Positions 19,512-28,485 of a stretch of 56,474 nucleotides of DNA are shown in pieces; position 1 is the stretch's first letter, and every line of letters starts with the position of its first letter. Source of the stretch: an uncultured Collinsella sp. (GTDB lineage Bacteria > Actinomycetota > Coriobacteriia > Coriobacteriales > Coriobacteriaceae); NCBI GenBank assembly GCA_902478985.1, contig CABSNH010000001.1:1-56474 (forward strand), in the 5' to 3' direction. A model generated the notes under the pieces. It saw nothing but the letters and a program-made list of their open reading frames with translations, did not search any database and was not told where the DNA came from. A program made the position numbers and the translations under genes.

Positions 19512-19660
19512 GTTACGCGGTTTTACCAAACCGCGTAACGAGTCGACGCTGCGCGAGCCCCTGCCGGGCAATCTGCCGCTCAAACCGTCGCTTGCGTACA
19601 GAAGTACGCGGCGCTCCTCTTTCGCGACACCTTGCCACGGCAGGGACTCGCTCGCTGACT
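19512..19660. repeat. Structured intergenic element (MITE-like or ncRNA): 12-bp hairpin plus a ~120-nt long hairpin
   Basis: GTTACGCGGTTT-TACC-AAACCGCGTAAC; GCGAGCCCCTGCCG...CGGCAGGGACTCGC closing an apical GCGTAC-AGAA-GTACGC stem. Confidence 0.65.
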
Positions 19661-19718
19661 TATGCTCAACCTATGGTTCAACCTTGCTTGCTAGATACGG
19701 TCACTGTTGTGTTATTCT

Positions 19719-19732
19719 AGAACAGACGTTCG
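19719..19732 (+). promoter_or_regulatory. LexA SOS box upstream of ruvCAB
   Basis: AGAACAGACGTTCG fits the Gram-positive GAAC-N4-GTTC consensus, directly after a TATTCT -10-like hexamer. Confidence 0.8.
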
Positions 19733-19787
19733 TGAATGATGCGCGGGGCCTTGCCTTGCGCTGTGCTTGTGGTGAGGGGAGGTTGGC

Positions 19788-20309
19788 TTGGTCATTTTGG
19801 GTATCGATCCCGGTTTGGCCCATACGGGCTGGGGGATTATCGAGGAACGACGTGGCGAGGTTCGCTGCCGTGCCTACGGTTGTATCGAGACCAGTGCGGG
19901 CAGCCCGCTCGCGGTGCGCCTGTCGCATATCGCCCACGACCTCAAGGGCGTCGTCGAACGCTACCGTCCCGATACCGCGGCTATCGAGAGCATTTACTTT
20001 GGCGCTAACGTCCGCTCGGCCATCCCCACGGCGCATGCCCGCGGTGCCGCGCTCGTGGCGCTTTCGGAGTGCGCGCTCGAGATTGGCGAATACACGCCCA
20101 TGCAGATTAAGCAGGCCGTGGTGGGCACGGGTGCCGCAGACAAGCGGCAGGTTGCCTACATGGTGCGCACGCTCACTCAGCTTGATCACGACCCACACCC
20201 AGACCATGCCGCCGATGCCCTGGCTTGCGCCATCTGTCACGTTAACCTTAGCCGTACCCGGGCGCTTACCGGCGGCGAGTTCTATCAACAGAGAGGAACC
20301 GGATACTGA
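19788..20309 (+). CDS. ruvC: Holliday junction resolvase
   Basis: ILGIDPG, AAIESIYF, YTPMQIKQAVVG.G.ADK.QV, DHAADALA; GGAGG RBS with TTG start. Confidence 0.96.
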   Translation: MVILGIDPGLAHTGWGIIEERRGEVRCRAYGCIETSAGSPLAVRLSHIAHDLKGVVERYRPDTAAIESIYFGANVRSAIPTAHARGAALVALSECALEIGEYTPMQIKQAVVGTGAADKRQVAYMVRTLTQLDHDPHPDHAADALACAICHVNLSRTRALTGGEFYQQRGTGY

Positions 20310-20929
20310 TGATCTCCCAGCTCCATGGAACGCTTGTCGAGGCCACGATGAGCTCGGCCGTCGTCGATGTATCGGGCGTGGGCTTTGAGCTCGGTATTTC
20401 GGGCAGCACTGCCGCCACGCTGCCTACGCCCGGCGGCGAGGTTCGCCTCTATACCCGTATGCAGGTGCGCGAGGACGCCATGACGCTCTTTGGCTTTGCC
20501 TCCAAGGACGAGCGCACGATGTTCGATCGGCTCGTTTCCGTCTCGGGCGTCGGTCCGCGTCTGGCACTTGCCGTGCTTTCCACTTATACCGTGGGACAGC
20601 TGTATTCCCTGGTGATGGCCGAGGACGACAAGGGCATGGCCAAGGTGCCCGGCGTGGGCAAAAAGACCGCCCAGCGCCTCATTCTGGAGCTCAAGAGTAC
20701 CTTTGCCAAGGACAAGGGCTTTGTTCCGGTCGACGTAATCCCCGGTCAGGTTGCGATGCCGGTCCCCGCCGCCACTCCCTCGGCGATCGATGATGCCCGC
20801 GCGGCGCTCCTTTCCATGGGCTTTAGCCCGCAGGAGACCGAGGTTGCCCTGAGCGGGTATGATGGGCAGGATATGCGTGTCGAGGACCTGCTCGGCGCGG
20901 CGCTTAAGCGACTCGGAATGGATGCGTGA
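20309..20929 (+). CDS. ruvA: Holliday junction branch migration protein RuvA
   Basis: [38 protein letters not shown]. Confidence 0.96.
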   Translation: MISQLHGTLVEATMSSAVVDVSGVGFELGISGSTAATLPTPGGEVRLYTRMQVREDAMTLFGFASKDERTMFDRLVSVSGVGPRLALAVLSTYTVGQLYSLVMAEDDKGMAKVPGVGKKTAQRLILELKSTFAKDKGFVPVDVIPGQVAMPVPAATPSAIDDARAALLSMGFSPQETEVALSGYDGQDMRVEDLLGAALKRLGMDA

Positions 20930-21996
20930 TGTGGGAAGCCGATGACTCTCAGGACCTGTGGGCGACGCCCGGCAACTCGCCGGCGGCATCCATGGCGCAC
21001 GGTGAGCGCATGGTGGGCTCGGAACTGACACCCGAAGACCTCGATGTCGACCGTACCCTGCGTCCCCAGCGCCTAGACGACTACTGCGGTCAGGAGCATA
21101 TCAAACAGAGCCTGCGCGTGCTGATCGAGGCGGCGCAGAGCCGTGGCGAGACGCTCGATCACGTGATCTTCTCGGGTCCTCCGGGCCTGGGCAAGACCAC
21201 GCTGGCTACCGTTATCGCCAACGAGCTGGGCGCTCAGATCAAGACGACGAGTGGTCCGGCTATCGCGCGTACCGGTGACTTGGCAGCCATCCTGACTAAC
21301 CTGCAGCCGGGTGACGTGCTGTTTATCGACGAGATCCACCGTCTTAACCGTTCGGTCGAGGAAGTCCTGTATCCCGCTATGGAGGACTTTGCGCTCGACA
21401 TCGTGATCGGTAAAGGCCCGGCCGCTCGCTCGATTCGCCTAGATATTCCCAAGTTTACGCTGGTGGCGGCAACGACCCGTTCGGGTATGCTGACCGGCCC
21501 GTTGCGCGACCGCTTTGGCATTTCGTATCGCCTGGACTACTACACGGTCGAGGAGCTTGCTCAGATCGTGACGCGCTCGGCGACCATCTTGGGCGTGACG
21601 ATAGACCATCCGAGCGCGCTCGAGATCGGCTCGCGCTCGCGTGGCACGCCGCGCTTGGCCAACCGTCTGCTCAAGCGTGTGCGCGACTATGCGCAGGTGC
21701 GCGGCAACGGTCCTATTGAGCTTGATATTTGCCGTCAGGCGCTCGAGTTTTTCGAGATTGATGAGCTTGGTCTGGACTGGATGGATATTCGCATCTTGGA
21801 GACGCTTGCCAAGACGTTCTCCGGCCGTGCCGTGGGTCTGACGACCCTTGCCAGCGCGGTGGGCGAGGACCCGGGTACGCTCGAGGATGTTTATGAGCCC
21901 TATCTGCTGCAGTGCGGCTTGATGATTCGCACGCCCCAGGGTCGCCAGGCAACGCTTCGCACCTTTGAGCACTTGGGCATCGAGCCAGCCGTTTAG
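20929..21996 (+). CDS. ruvB: Holliday junction branch migration helicase RuvB
   Basis: [49 protein letters not shown]...RTPQGR. Confidence 0.97.
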   Translation: MWEADDSQDLWATPGNSPAASMAHGERMVGSELTPEDLDVDRTLRPQRLDDYCGQEHIKQSLRVLIEAAQSRGETLDHVIFSGPPGLGKTTLATVIANELGAQIKTTSGPAIARTGDLAAILTNLQPGDVLFIDEIHRLNRSVEEVLYPAMEDFALDIVIGKGPAARSIRLDIPKFTLVAATTRSGMLTGPLRDRFGISYRLDYYTVEELAQIVTRSATILGVTIDHPSALEIGSRSRGTPRLANRLLKRVRDYAQVRGNGPIELDICRQALEFFEIDELGLDWMDIRILETLAKTFSGRAVGLTTLASAVGEDPGTLEDVYEPYLLQCGLMIRTPQGRQATLRTFEHLGIEPAV

Positions 21997-22142
21997 AGGC
22001 GGGTTTGTTTTGGCTGGTCTGTAGGCTATCGCTGAGCATTGGATAAACATATCGCCATTCATCGGTTACGGGTGTTTTACCATTGCGCGCCCGTGCTATG
22101 CTGAATTGGTCTTTTTCTCATCCGGTAACGAAAGGACCGCCC

Positions 22143-23810
22143 ATGCCTACTGACATCGAAATCGCACGTTCCGTCACGCCGCTGCCCATTACCGAGGTGG
22201 CTAAGAACGCCGGCGTCGACGTAAAGCACCTGATTCCGTACGGCTTCGACAAGGCTAAGGTTGACTATTCGCTGCTCAACGAGCCGACCAATCACCAGGC
22301 CAAGCTCGTCCTCGTGACCGCCATCAACCCCACGCCCGCCGGCGAGGGCAAGACCACCACGACCATCGGTCTGGCCGATGGCCTGCGCCGTCGCGGCGTC
22401 AAGAGCGCTGTGGCCCTGCGTGAGCCTTCGCTCGGCCCCGTCTTTGGCGTAAAGGGCGGTGCCGCCGGCGGCGGTTGGGCCCAGGTCATCCCCATGGAGG
22501 ACATCAACCTGCACTTTACCGGCGACTTCCACGCTATCGGTGCCGCCAATAACCTGCTGGCCGCCATGCTCGACAACCATATTCAGCAGGGCAACCAGCT
22601 CGGTATCGACGTTAAGCGCATTACTTGGAAGCGCGTCGTCGACATGAACGACCGTCAGCTGCGCCATGTTATCGACGGCATTGGCGGCAAGGCTCAGGGC
22701 GTGCCGCGCGAGGACGGCTTCGATATCACCGTTGCCTCCGAGGTTATGGCAATCCTGTGCCTGTCCACGAGCATCAACGACCTCAAGGAGCGCTTGGGCG
22801 AGATCGTCGTCGGCTACAGCTATGCCGGCGAGCCCGTCCGCGCCCGCGACCTCAAGGCTCAGGGCGCCATGGCCGCGCTGCTTAAGGACGCGCTCAAGCC
22901 CAACCTGGTGCAGACGCTCGAGGGTACGCCTGCGTTTGTCCACGGCGGTCCCTTCGCCAACATCGCCCATGGCTGCAATTCCATCATGGCCACGCGTATG
23001 GCTATGCGTTTTGGCGATGTCGCCATTACCGAGGCAGGCTTTGGCGCCGACCTGGGTGCCGAGAAGTTCCTCGACATCAAGTGCCGCATGACGGGCGTCC
23101 GCCCCAGCGCCGTCGTGATTGTCGCCACCGCCCGTGCGCTTAAGTACAACGGCGGTGTTGCCAAGGCCGACCTCAACGAGGAGAACCTCGAGGCCCTCAA
23201 GGCCGGTATGCCCAACCTGCTGCGCCACGTCGACAACATTCAGAATGTCTACGGTCTGCCCTGCGTGGTCGCCATCAACCGCTTCCCGACGGACACTGAG
23301 GCCGAGCTTGCGCTCATCGAATCCGAGTGCCAGAAGCTCGGCGTCAACGTTAAGCTTTCCGAGGTCTGGGCCAAGGGCGGCGAGGGCGCGCTCGACCTGG
23401 CCGATGAGGTCATGCGCCTGATTGAGCAGCCGAGTGAGCTCAAGTTTGCCTACGAGGACGGTGCCGATGTTGCCGATGCCCTCGAGGCCGTTGCCACCAA
23501 GGTCTACCGCGCCGACGGCGTCGACTTTACGCCAGCTGCCAAGCGCCAGCTCGCCGAGCTGCGCGAGAACGGCTTTGGTAACCTGCCGGTGTGCGTCGCC
23601 AAGACGCAGTACAGCTTTAGCGACAACGCCAAGGCCCTGGGCGCTCCCGAGGGCTTCCGCATCACCGTGCGCGAGCTCAAGGTTTCTGCCGGCGCCCACT
23701 TTGTGGTCGCGCTGACTGGCAGCGTCCTGACTATGCCGGGCCTGCCCAAGGTTCCCGCGGCAGAGAACATCGACGTCGACAACGACGGCAACATCACCGG
23801 CCTGTTCTAA
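22143..23810 (+). CDS. fhs: Formate--tetrahydrofolate ligase
   Basis: [69 protein letters not shown]. Confidence 0.97.
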   Translation: MPTDIEIARSVTPLPITEVAKNAGVDVKHLIPYGFDKAKVDYSLLNEPTNHQAKLVLVTAINPTPAGEGKTTTTIGLADGLRRRGVKSAVALREPSLGPVFGVKGGAAGGGWAQVIPMEDINLHFTGDFHAIGAANNLLAAMLDNHIQQGNQLGIDVKRITWKRVVDMNDRQLRHVIDGIGGKAQGVPREDGFDITVASEVMAILCLSTSINDLKERLGEIVVGYSYAGEPVRARDLKAQGAMAALLKDALKPNLVQTLEGTPAFVHGGPFANIAHGCNSIMATRMAMRFGDVAITEAGFGADLGAEKFLDIKCRMTGVRPSAVVIVATARALKYNGGVAKADLNEENLEALKAGMPNLLRHVDNIQNVYGLPCVVAINRFPTDTEAELALIESECQKLGVNVKLSEVWAKGGEGALDLADEVMRLIEQPSELKFAYEDGADVADALEAVATKVYRADGVDFTPAAKRQLAELRENGFGNLPVCVAKTQYSFSDNAKALGAPEGFRITVRELKVSAGAHFVVALTGSVLTMPGLPKVPAAENIDVDNDGNITGLF

Positions 23811-23830
23811 GCCTGCTGACTATAGCTGCT

Positions 23831-23872
23831 AGCCCGCCCCGTCGCGCCTACCAAGGCTCGGCGGGGCTTTTT
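23831..23872 (+). terminator. Rho-independent terminator after fhs
   Basis: GCCCCGTCG...CGGCGGGGC followed by TTTTT. Confidence 0.7.
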
Positions 23873-23990
23873 GATCCTTAGGCACGCGCATGTCTTGTAG
23901 ATACCGGCGGGCTTTGCCCATCATAGGCTTTTGCGCGGGTAGAATGCATGGATAACTTGATGCTTGCAGGCGACGGAAAGGAAACGTTGC

Positions 23991-24974
23991 ATGGACCAGG
24001 ACAAGACGACCGTGATGGGCGGATATGGCTCCGCACAGGCTGGCGATAGCGCCGATGCGACTCGCGTTGTTTCCAACCCCGGTTATACCGACCCCGCCGC
24101 GACGCAGACGTCTGCCGAACCCACACGGGTTATAGGCTACGGCGATACACCACGGGATCCGTTTGATTATGCACCGCAGGACCCGTATGACAATGCGGCG
24201 CCGGACCCGTATGGCAATGCGGCGACAGATGCTTATAACAACCTGCCGCATAATCCCATTCCGCAGCCTCAGCAGACGACGTATATGCCGCGTACGGCGC
24301 AGGTCCAGTCTCGTTATGAGTCGCGCGATCCGCATGCGTGCCAGCCGTATCGCGAGTATCCCAAATCGATTCCGCAGTATGGTGAGGACGAGGAGAAGGC
24401 ACCGTCGCGTTCGTCGAGCGTGATCAAGAAAATCCTGATTGTGCTGGCGATCTTCTTTGCCTTGTCGATCGTGTTCGCCATCGTGTCGGGCATGCTCAAC
24501 AAGCGGGGCGCCACGACCGATGCCACGACCGAGCAGGCCGAGACCACCCAGTCTGCTGCCGTCGACCTGAGCGATATCCCGGGACAGTACTGGTCCAACG
24601 CCAAGAAGCTCCTCAAGTCGCGCGGAGCCGACCTTTCGAACGCCGTGATTCTGACCGACGATGGCTCAACGCCCGTCATCGATTCCAACTGGGTTGTTAC
24701 GAATGCCTACTATAACGACAACGGCAACCTGGAGATTCAGCTCACGCACAAGAACAGCTATGGCAACTCGTCCGGCGGCCAAAGCGGTACCGACAGCTCG
24801 AGCTCCAATACGCTGGAGGACTTGAGCAACAAGGCGCAGGAGTTGGGAGATAAGGCGCAAGAGCTGGGCGATACGGCACAAAACCTGGGTGATACTGCTC
24901 AGAATCTGGGCGATATGGCTACCAATGCCTGGGACGCTCTGCAAAACGGCATTTCGGGCGCACAGGGTAACTAG
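23991..24974 (+). CDS. Hypothetical single-pass membrane protein with Pro/Tyr-rich repeats and C-terminal heptad repeats
   Basis: GAAAGGA RBS; TM segment ILIVLAIFFALSIVFAIVSG; DPYDNAAP-type repeats; KAQELGD/TAQNLGD x4. Confidence 0.8.
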   Translation: MDQDKTTVMGGYGSAQAGDSADATRVVSNPGYTDPAATQTSAEPTRVIGYGDTPRDPFDYAPQDPYDNAAPDPYGNAATDAYNNLPHNPIPQPQQTTYMPRTAQVQSRYESRDPHACQPYREYPKSIPQYGEDEEKAPSRSSSVIKKILIVLAIFFALSIVFAIVSGMLNKRGATTDATTEQAETTQSAAVDLSDIPGQYWSNAKKLLKSRGADLSNAVILTDDGSTPVIDSNWVVTNAYYNDNGNLEIQLTHKNSYGNSSGGQSGTDSSSSNTLEDLSNKAQELGDKAQELGDTAQNLGDTAQNLGDMATNAWDALQNGISGAQGN

Positions 24975-24986
24975 CTGTTAAGCGGG

Positions 24987-26168
24987 CTACAGCTGCTCTG
25001 CCGGACGGTCGGGCGAGCTAAAGCCCGAGTCAAACGTAACGACGCATGATGCATCGGGCCGGCGCTCGTGCACGATGCGCGTGACGAGCTCCAGTAGCTC
25101 CTCGTCGGATATGTCAAAGCCGTCGGGACGCACCAGGTCAAACGAAACAAAGCCGTCGTGCTCGTGCAGGTCGTGGATGGAAAGCGCAGGGTCGATCTGC
25201 GCTACGCCGCGCTTTACCCAGCCGCGCAGGTCGTCACCGGTTGTTGCAATGGGGTCGCAGTGCAGCGTAATGCCAATGCCCATCTGGCGTTTGATGTCGT
25301 GTTCGATGGTGTCCAGAATCTCGTGGTGCTCAAAGGCATCGCCCTCGCCGGGCATTTCCACGTGTGCGCTGGCAAACTGACGGCCGGGGCCGTAGTCATG
25401 CACCATGAGGTCGTGCGTGCCTAGAACCTGGGGGTATGACATGATCCTGTCGCGGATTTCCTGGACGAGCTTGGGGTCGGGCGCTTGCCCCAACAGCGGG
25501 CTGATGGCGTCGCGCACCAGGCCCATGCCGCTGATGCAAATGAAGATGCCCACGCCCAGGCCTGCCCAGCCGTCGAGATCAAAGCCGGTCGCTTGCGAAA
25601 TAAGCGCCGCCGCCAAGACCGAGCCCGAGGTGATGACGTCATTCTTGGAGTCCTGTGCCGTGGCGATGAGCGTCTCCGAGTCGATGCGATCACCCAACGT
25701 GCGGTTGAACGCGGCCATCCAGAGCTTAACGAGCATGGATGTAGCCAGTGCCGCAAGGGAAACAAGCGTGTAAGCGGTGGGGGAGGGCTTGATGATCTTG
25801 GTAACGGACTCGAGCACCAGATTGATGCCGACAGCACAAACGAGGACGGCGACAACCAGACCGGCGAGGTATTCGTAGCGGCCGTGGCCATAGGGGTGGC
25901 CTTCGTCGGCCGGGCGGCTGGCAAGTCGGAATCCGAGCAGGCTCACGATGTTGCTCGAGGCATCGGAGAGGTTGTTGAAGGCGTCGGCGATAAGCGAGAC
26001 AGAGCCGGCGAGCAGACCCGCGATGCCCTTGGCCAGACACAGGGTGATGTTGAGGCCAATGCAAATGAGGCTTGCGACAAAGACCGCGTTGGTGCGGCAA
26101 GCCGTATCGACCGGCTCGTCCTCGCTGCCGGGAACAAGCGTATGTACCAGCCGATTTACAAATAGCAT
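24987..26168 (-). CDS. Cation diffusion facilitator (CDF) family transporter
   Basis: SLIADAFNNLSD, PADEGHPYGHGRYEY, DSKNDV, HDLMVHDYG; GAGGA RBS before ATG at 26168. Confidence 0.92.
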   Translation of the reverse strand: MLFVNRLVHTLVPGSEDEPVDTACRTNAVFVASLICIGLNITLCLAKGIAGLLAGSVSLIADAFNNLSDASSNIVSLLGFRLASRPADEGHPYGHGRYEYLAGLVVAVLVCAVGINLVLESVTKIIKPSPTAYTLVSLAALATSMLVKLWMAAFNRTLGDRIDSETLIATAQDSKNDVITSGSVLAAALISQATGFDLDGWAGLGVGIFICISGMGLVRDAISPLLGQAPDPKLVQEIRDRIMSYPQVLGTHDLMVHDYGPGRQFASAHVEMPGEGDAFEHHEILDTIEHDIKRQMGIGITLHCDPIATTGDDLRGWVKRGVAQIDPALSIHDLHEHDGFVSFDLVRPDGFDISDEELLELVTRIVHERRPDASCVVTFDSGFSSPDRPAEQL

Positions 26169-26386
26169 GGCAATCGTCCTCACAATCATGGTTAAGGGGA
26201 TAGTGTAGCTCGCATGGGCGCACCGTGCGCCGATGCTCAGAAAATGCAGCAATGGTCTGCTGGAGCTAACGAGCGGCCCTTCTTGTCCGACCAGGTGCTC
26301 CATTTTGGGCCACATGGGTATGGTCATGTGCTTGCCTGCCCGACATACTTAATGTCGACAGCCCCTGCGCAAAGGAGGATGTATCC

Positions 26387-27724
26387 ATGGACGAGATGTT
26401 TGCCATTAAATGCCAAAACTGCGGCGGCCCCATGTATTCGCACCAGGCAAAGCGCAGCTTTGAGTGCGCCTATTGCGAAACGGTTATTCCGTGGCAAGCG
26501 GACGCCGGGGAGCCCAAGAGCGCCCTGGGTATCCGTCATACGCCGCTGACAGTGGTTGACGGGCTGCTCAAGCTCACGCACGTCTCGCAGCTCGAGCGCC
26601 CGGAGGACCCGGACTGGTATTTCTTTAATTCACACTGGCGCAATCAGTCGGTTCTGGAGCATCTGCTGTGGGAGGACCGCGGCACGGCGCAGGAGTTCCA
26701 AGAAGCCACGCACGTGAGCATTCCCTGCCCCTTCTGTGGAGCGTCCTTTGAGGGCGAGTCAACGCAGCGTGTGTTTGAGTGCCCGTCCTGCGGCAACAAG
26801 ATCGGCATTGCCGACCTGCTCAAGCCGGGGACGTTTAGCAAGCGCCTGACCTTGGGCGTTGGTGCGGAGTATGTACCTGGGCAGGGTATTCCCTGCGAAA
26901 TCTCGCCGCAGCAGGCACGTGCCAACGCACTGCAGCTGGTGCGCCAGTACCCCGACGCCTTTGCCGGGCACGACGTGGAAGATGCGATCCAAAACGACAT
27001 GATGCTCTTCTACTTCCCCATGGCGCTCGCGGATTTGCGCATGATGGCGTCCTTCCCGGGCAAGGGCATGAGCAAGGAGACCTTGGTGTACTACGAGGTG
27101 CTTGACTGGGCATATCCGCGGGCAAACTACCTGGACGTTCGCCTCATGGGCATTTTGGAACCGTGGGACTTTGCCAAGGTCGGCCCGTTCGATCCCGCCA
27201 TGCAGGAAGGCGACTTCCGCGTTGTCTCCGTCGATGCGTCTACCAAGGACCAGGTGGTCATTGATAAGCTGGCGCTCGACATTGCCGGCAACGATGCCGA
27301 GGCGGTGCTGGGGCTCAATAAAAAGAGCATCCGCACCTGGGCGCGCAAGGCTCGCAAGCATAAGGACGGCCTGGTGATGGTACCGGTCTACTTTGTCGAT
27401 CGCCCAGCGACGGACAGCCGCGATGGCGAGCAGGTGCGCATTGCCGTAAACGGCCAGACGGGCCGCGCGGCCGCGGTGGTGTTTGGCAACAAGCGCGAAA
27501 CGCATATCGTGGCGCCGCTCAACCCGAGTCTGCATCTGTCCGGAGAAAGCACCGTGCACGCCACGCCCATCGAGGTCAAATACGTTAAATCGCCCTTCCT
27601 CTACCAGATCGTGCGTAAGGGAGGCGGCGAGCAACCGCGCCAGGTGGCAGCGGTTGCCGAGGGTTCCTACCGAGAAGAAAAGCCCAAACGCAAGGGCTTG
27701 CTCGCTGCGATCTTTGGGAAGTAG
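26387..27724 (+). CDS. Hypothetical protein with two zinc-ribbon-like CxxC pairs
   Basis: CQNC/CAYC and CPFC/CPSC; C-terminal AVNGQTGR motif; AGGAGG RBS. Confidence 0.8.
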   Translation: MDEMFAIKCQNCGGPMYSHQAKRSFECAYCETVIPWQADAGEPKSALGIRHTPLTVVDGLLKLTHVSQLERPEDPDWYFFNSHWRNQSVLEHLLWEDRGTAQEFQEATHVSIPCPFCGASFEGESTQRVFECPSCGNKIGIADLLKPGTFSKRLTLGVGAEYVPGQGIPCEISPQQARANALQLVRQYPDAFAGHDVEDAIQNDMMLFYFPMALADLRMMASFPGKGMSKETLVYYEVLDWAYPRANYLDVRLMGILEPWDFAKVGPFDPAMQEGDFRVVSVDASTKDQVVIDKLALDIAGNDAEAVLGLNKKSIRTWARKARKHKDGLVMVPVYFVDRPATDSRDGEQVRIAVNGQTGRAAAVVFGNKRETHIVAPLNPSLHLSGESTVHATPIEVKYVKSPFLYQIVRKGGGEQPRQVAAVAEGSYREEKPKRKGLLAAIFGK

Positions 27725-27877
27725 GGGAGTAGTGCCGGTCGGCGCTGCGATCCGATAGCCAGAGGAACGGGGCAGCTCGCAGGAGTGCGGACTGTCGTCT
27801 GATTGTTTGAGGGTGCCAGATGTAAATAATCGGTGGAGCGGCTGCAAAAGAGCCGTCTCGCTGGGTAAAATCAGGAT

Positions 27878-27972
27878 GTGCCGCGGAACCCGCTCCTCAG
27901 CTAGTCACACTTCGGAAGCGCGGGCAACGCAGGTATTATCGTCTAAAGGGCCGGCTGCAACCGGTCCTTTTT
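27878..27972 (+). ncRNA. Putative type I antitoxin sRNA (about 95 nt)
   Basis: TAAAAT -10 at 27866-27871, CCCGC...GCGGG stem, terminator AAAGGGCCGG-CTGCAA-CCGGTCCTTTTT; no ORF; convergent with a small hydrophobic ORF. The 5' end is estimated. Confidence 0.6.
27945..27972. terminator. Bidirectional-looking terminator hairpin
   Basis: AAAGGGCCGG-CTGCAA-CCGGTCCTTTTT. Confidence 0.8.
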
Positions 27973-27992
27973 ATGACTCCCTTCGCTATCCG

Positions 27993-28085
27993 TTACTGCT
28001 TATATTCCCGCCAGATCGAGTAGAGGTTCCGGGCAATGCCGGTCACATACATCGAGAGGCGCAGGATTTCAAGAAACAAGTTCAT
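27993..28085 (-). CDS. Putative type I toxin peptide (30 aa) MNLFLEILRLSMYVTGIARNLYSIWREYKQ
   Basis: Below the ORF-track size cut-off; GGGGTGA SD, TAAAAT -10 at 28146-28151, hydrophobic/amphipathic helix then W and a charged tail. Confidence 0.6.
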   Translation of the reverse strand: MNLFLEILRLSMYVTGIARNLYSIWREYKQ

Positions 28086-28228
28086 AGGCTTCACCCCAAT
28101 CGGAGATCGGAGCGTTGCCCGCAGGCGGATTCCGCGGCAGTCAAGATTTTACCTCACAGGCCGCGGTGGGAGACATCCTGCCCATTCCATGGTTTGGAAC
28201 AGTGTCGATCTAACGGGCAATCAAACCC

Positions 28229-28450
28229 CTAGCACTCTTTGAATTGAGCAAGCATCTGCCCGAAGAAGCTGAGCCCGGATGGCTCATAAATGAGTGAGCC
28301 GCCATCTTCGGTTCGGTAGACCCCGCAGGGGAGGTAACGCCCGTCGGGGAGAACATAGAGGTTGGCTTCTTCCTTCAGTCCTGCTGGAAATAGCGGAATC
28401 CCGTTTTCGTCCACTTGGAACTCGTCTATATTTGCGATCTTTCTTTCCGT
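28229..28450 (-). CDS. Small hypothetical protein; the codon at the expected start position is ACG (possible start loss)
   Basis: AGGAGG-CACC-ACG at 28450 is in frame with the 61-aa ORF, extending it to xERKIANIDEFQVDENGIPLFP... Confidence 0.6.
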   Translation of the reverse strand, partial: TERKIANIDEFQVDENGIPLFPAGLKEEANLYVLPDGRYLPCGVYRTEDGGSLIYEPSGLSFFGQMLAQFKEC

Positions 28451-28485
28451 GGTGCCTCCTGGTCAGTTTCTATCGTAAGTGCGCC

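Noticed and set aside
19510..20388. 292-aa ORF overlapping ruvC
   Set aside because: Out of frame with ruvC, crosses the hairpin element, no motifs.
27807..28242. Plus-strand ORFs, or a decayed Abi gene after the structured RNA
   Set aside because: No SD or recognisable Abi/HEPN motif, and one ORF crosses a terminator; the minus-strand peptide explains the signals better.
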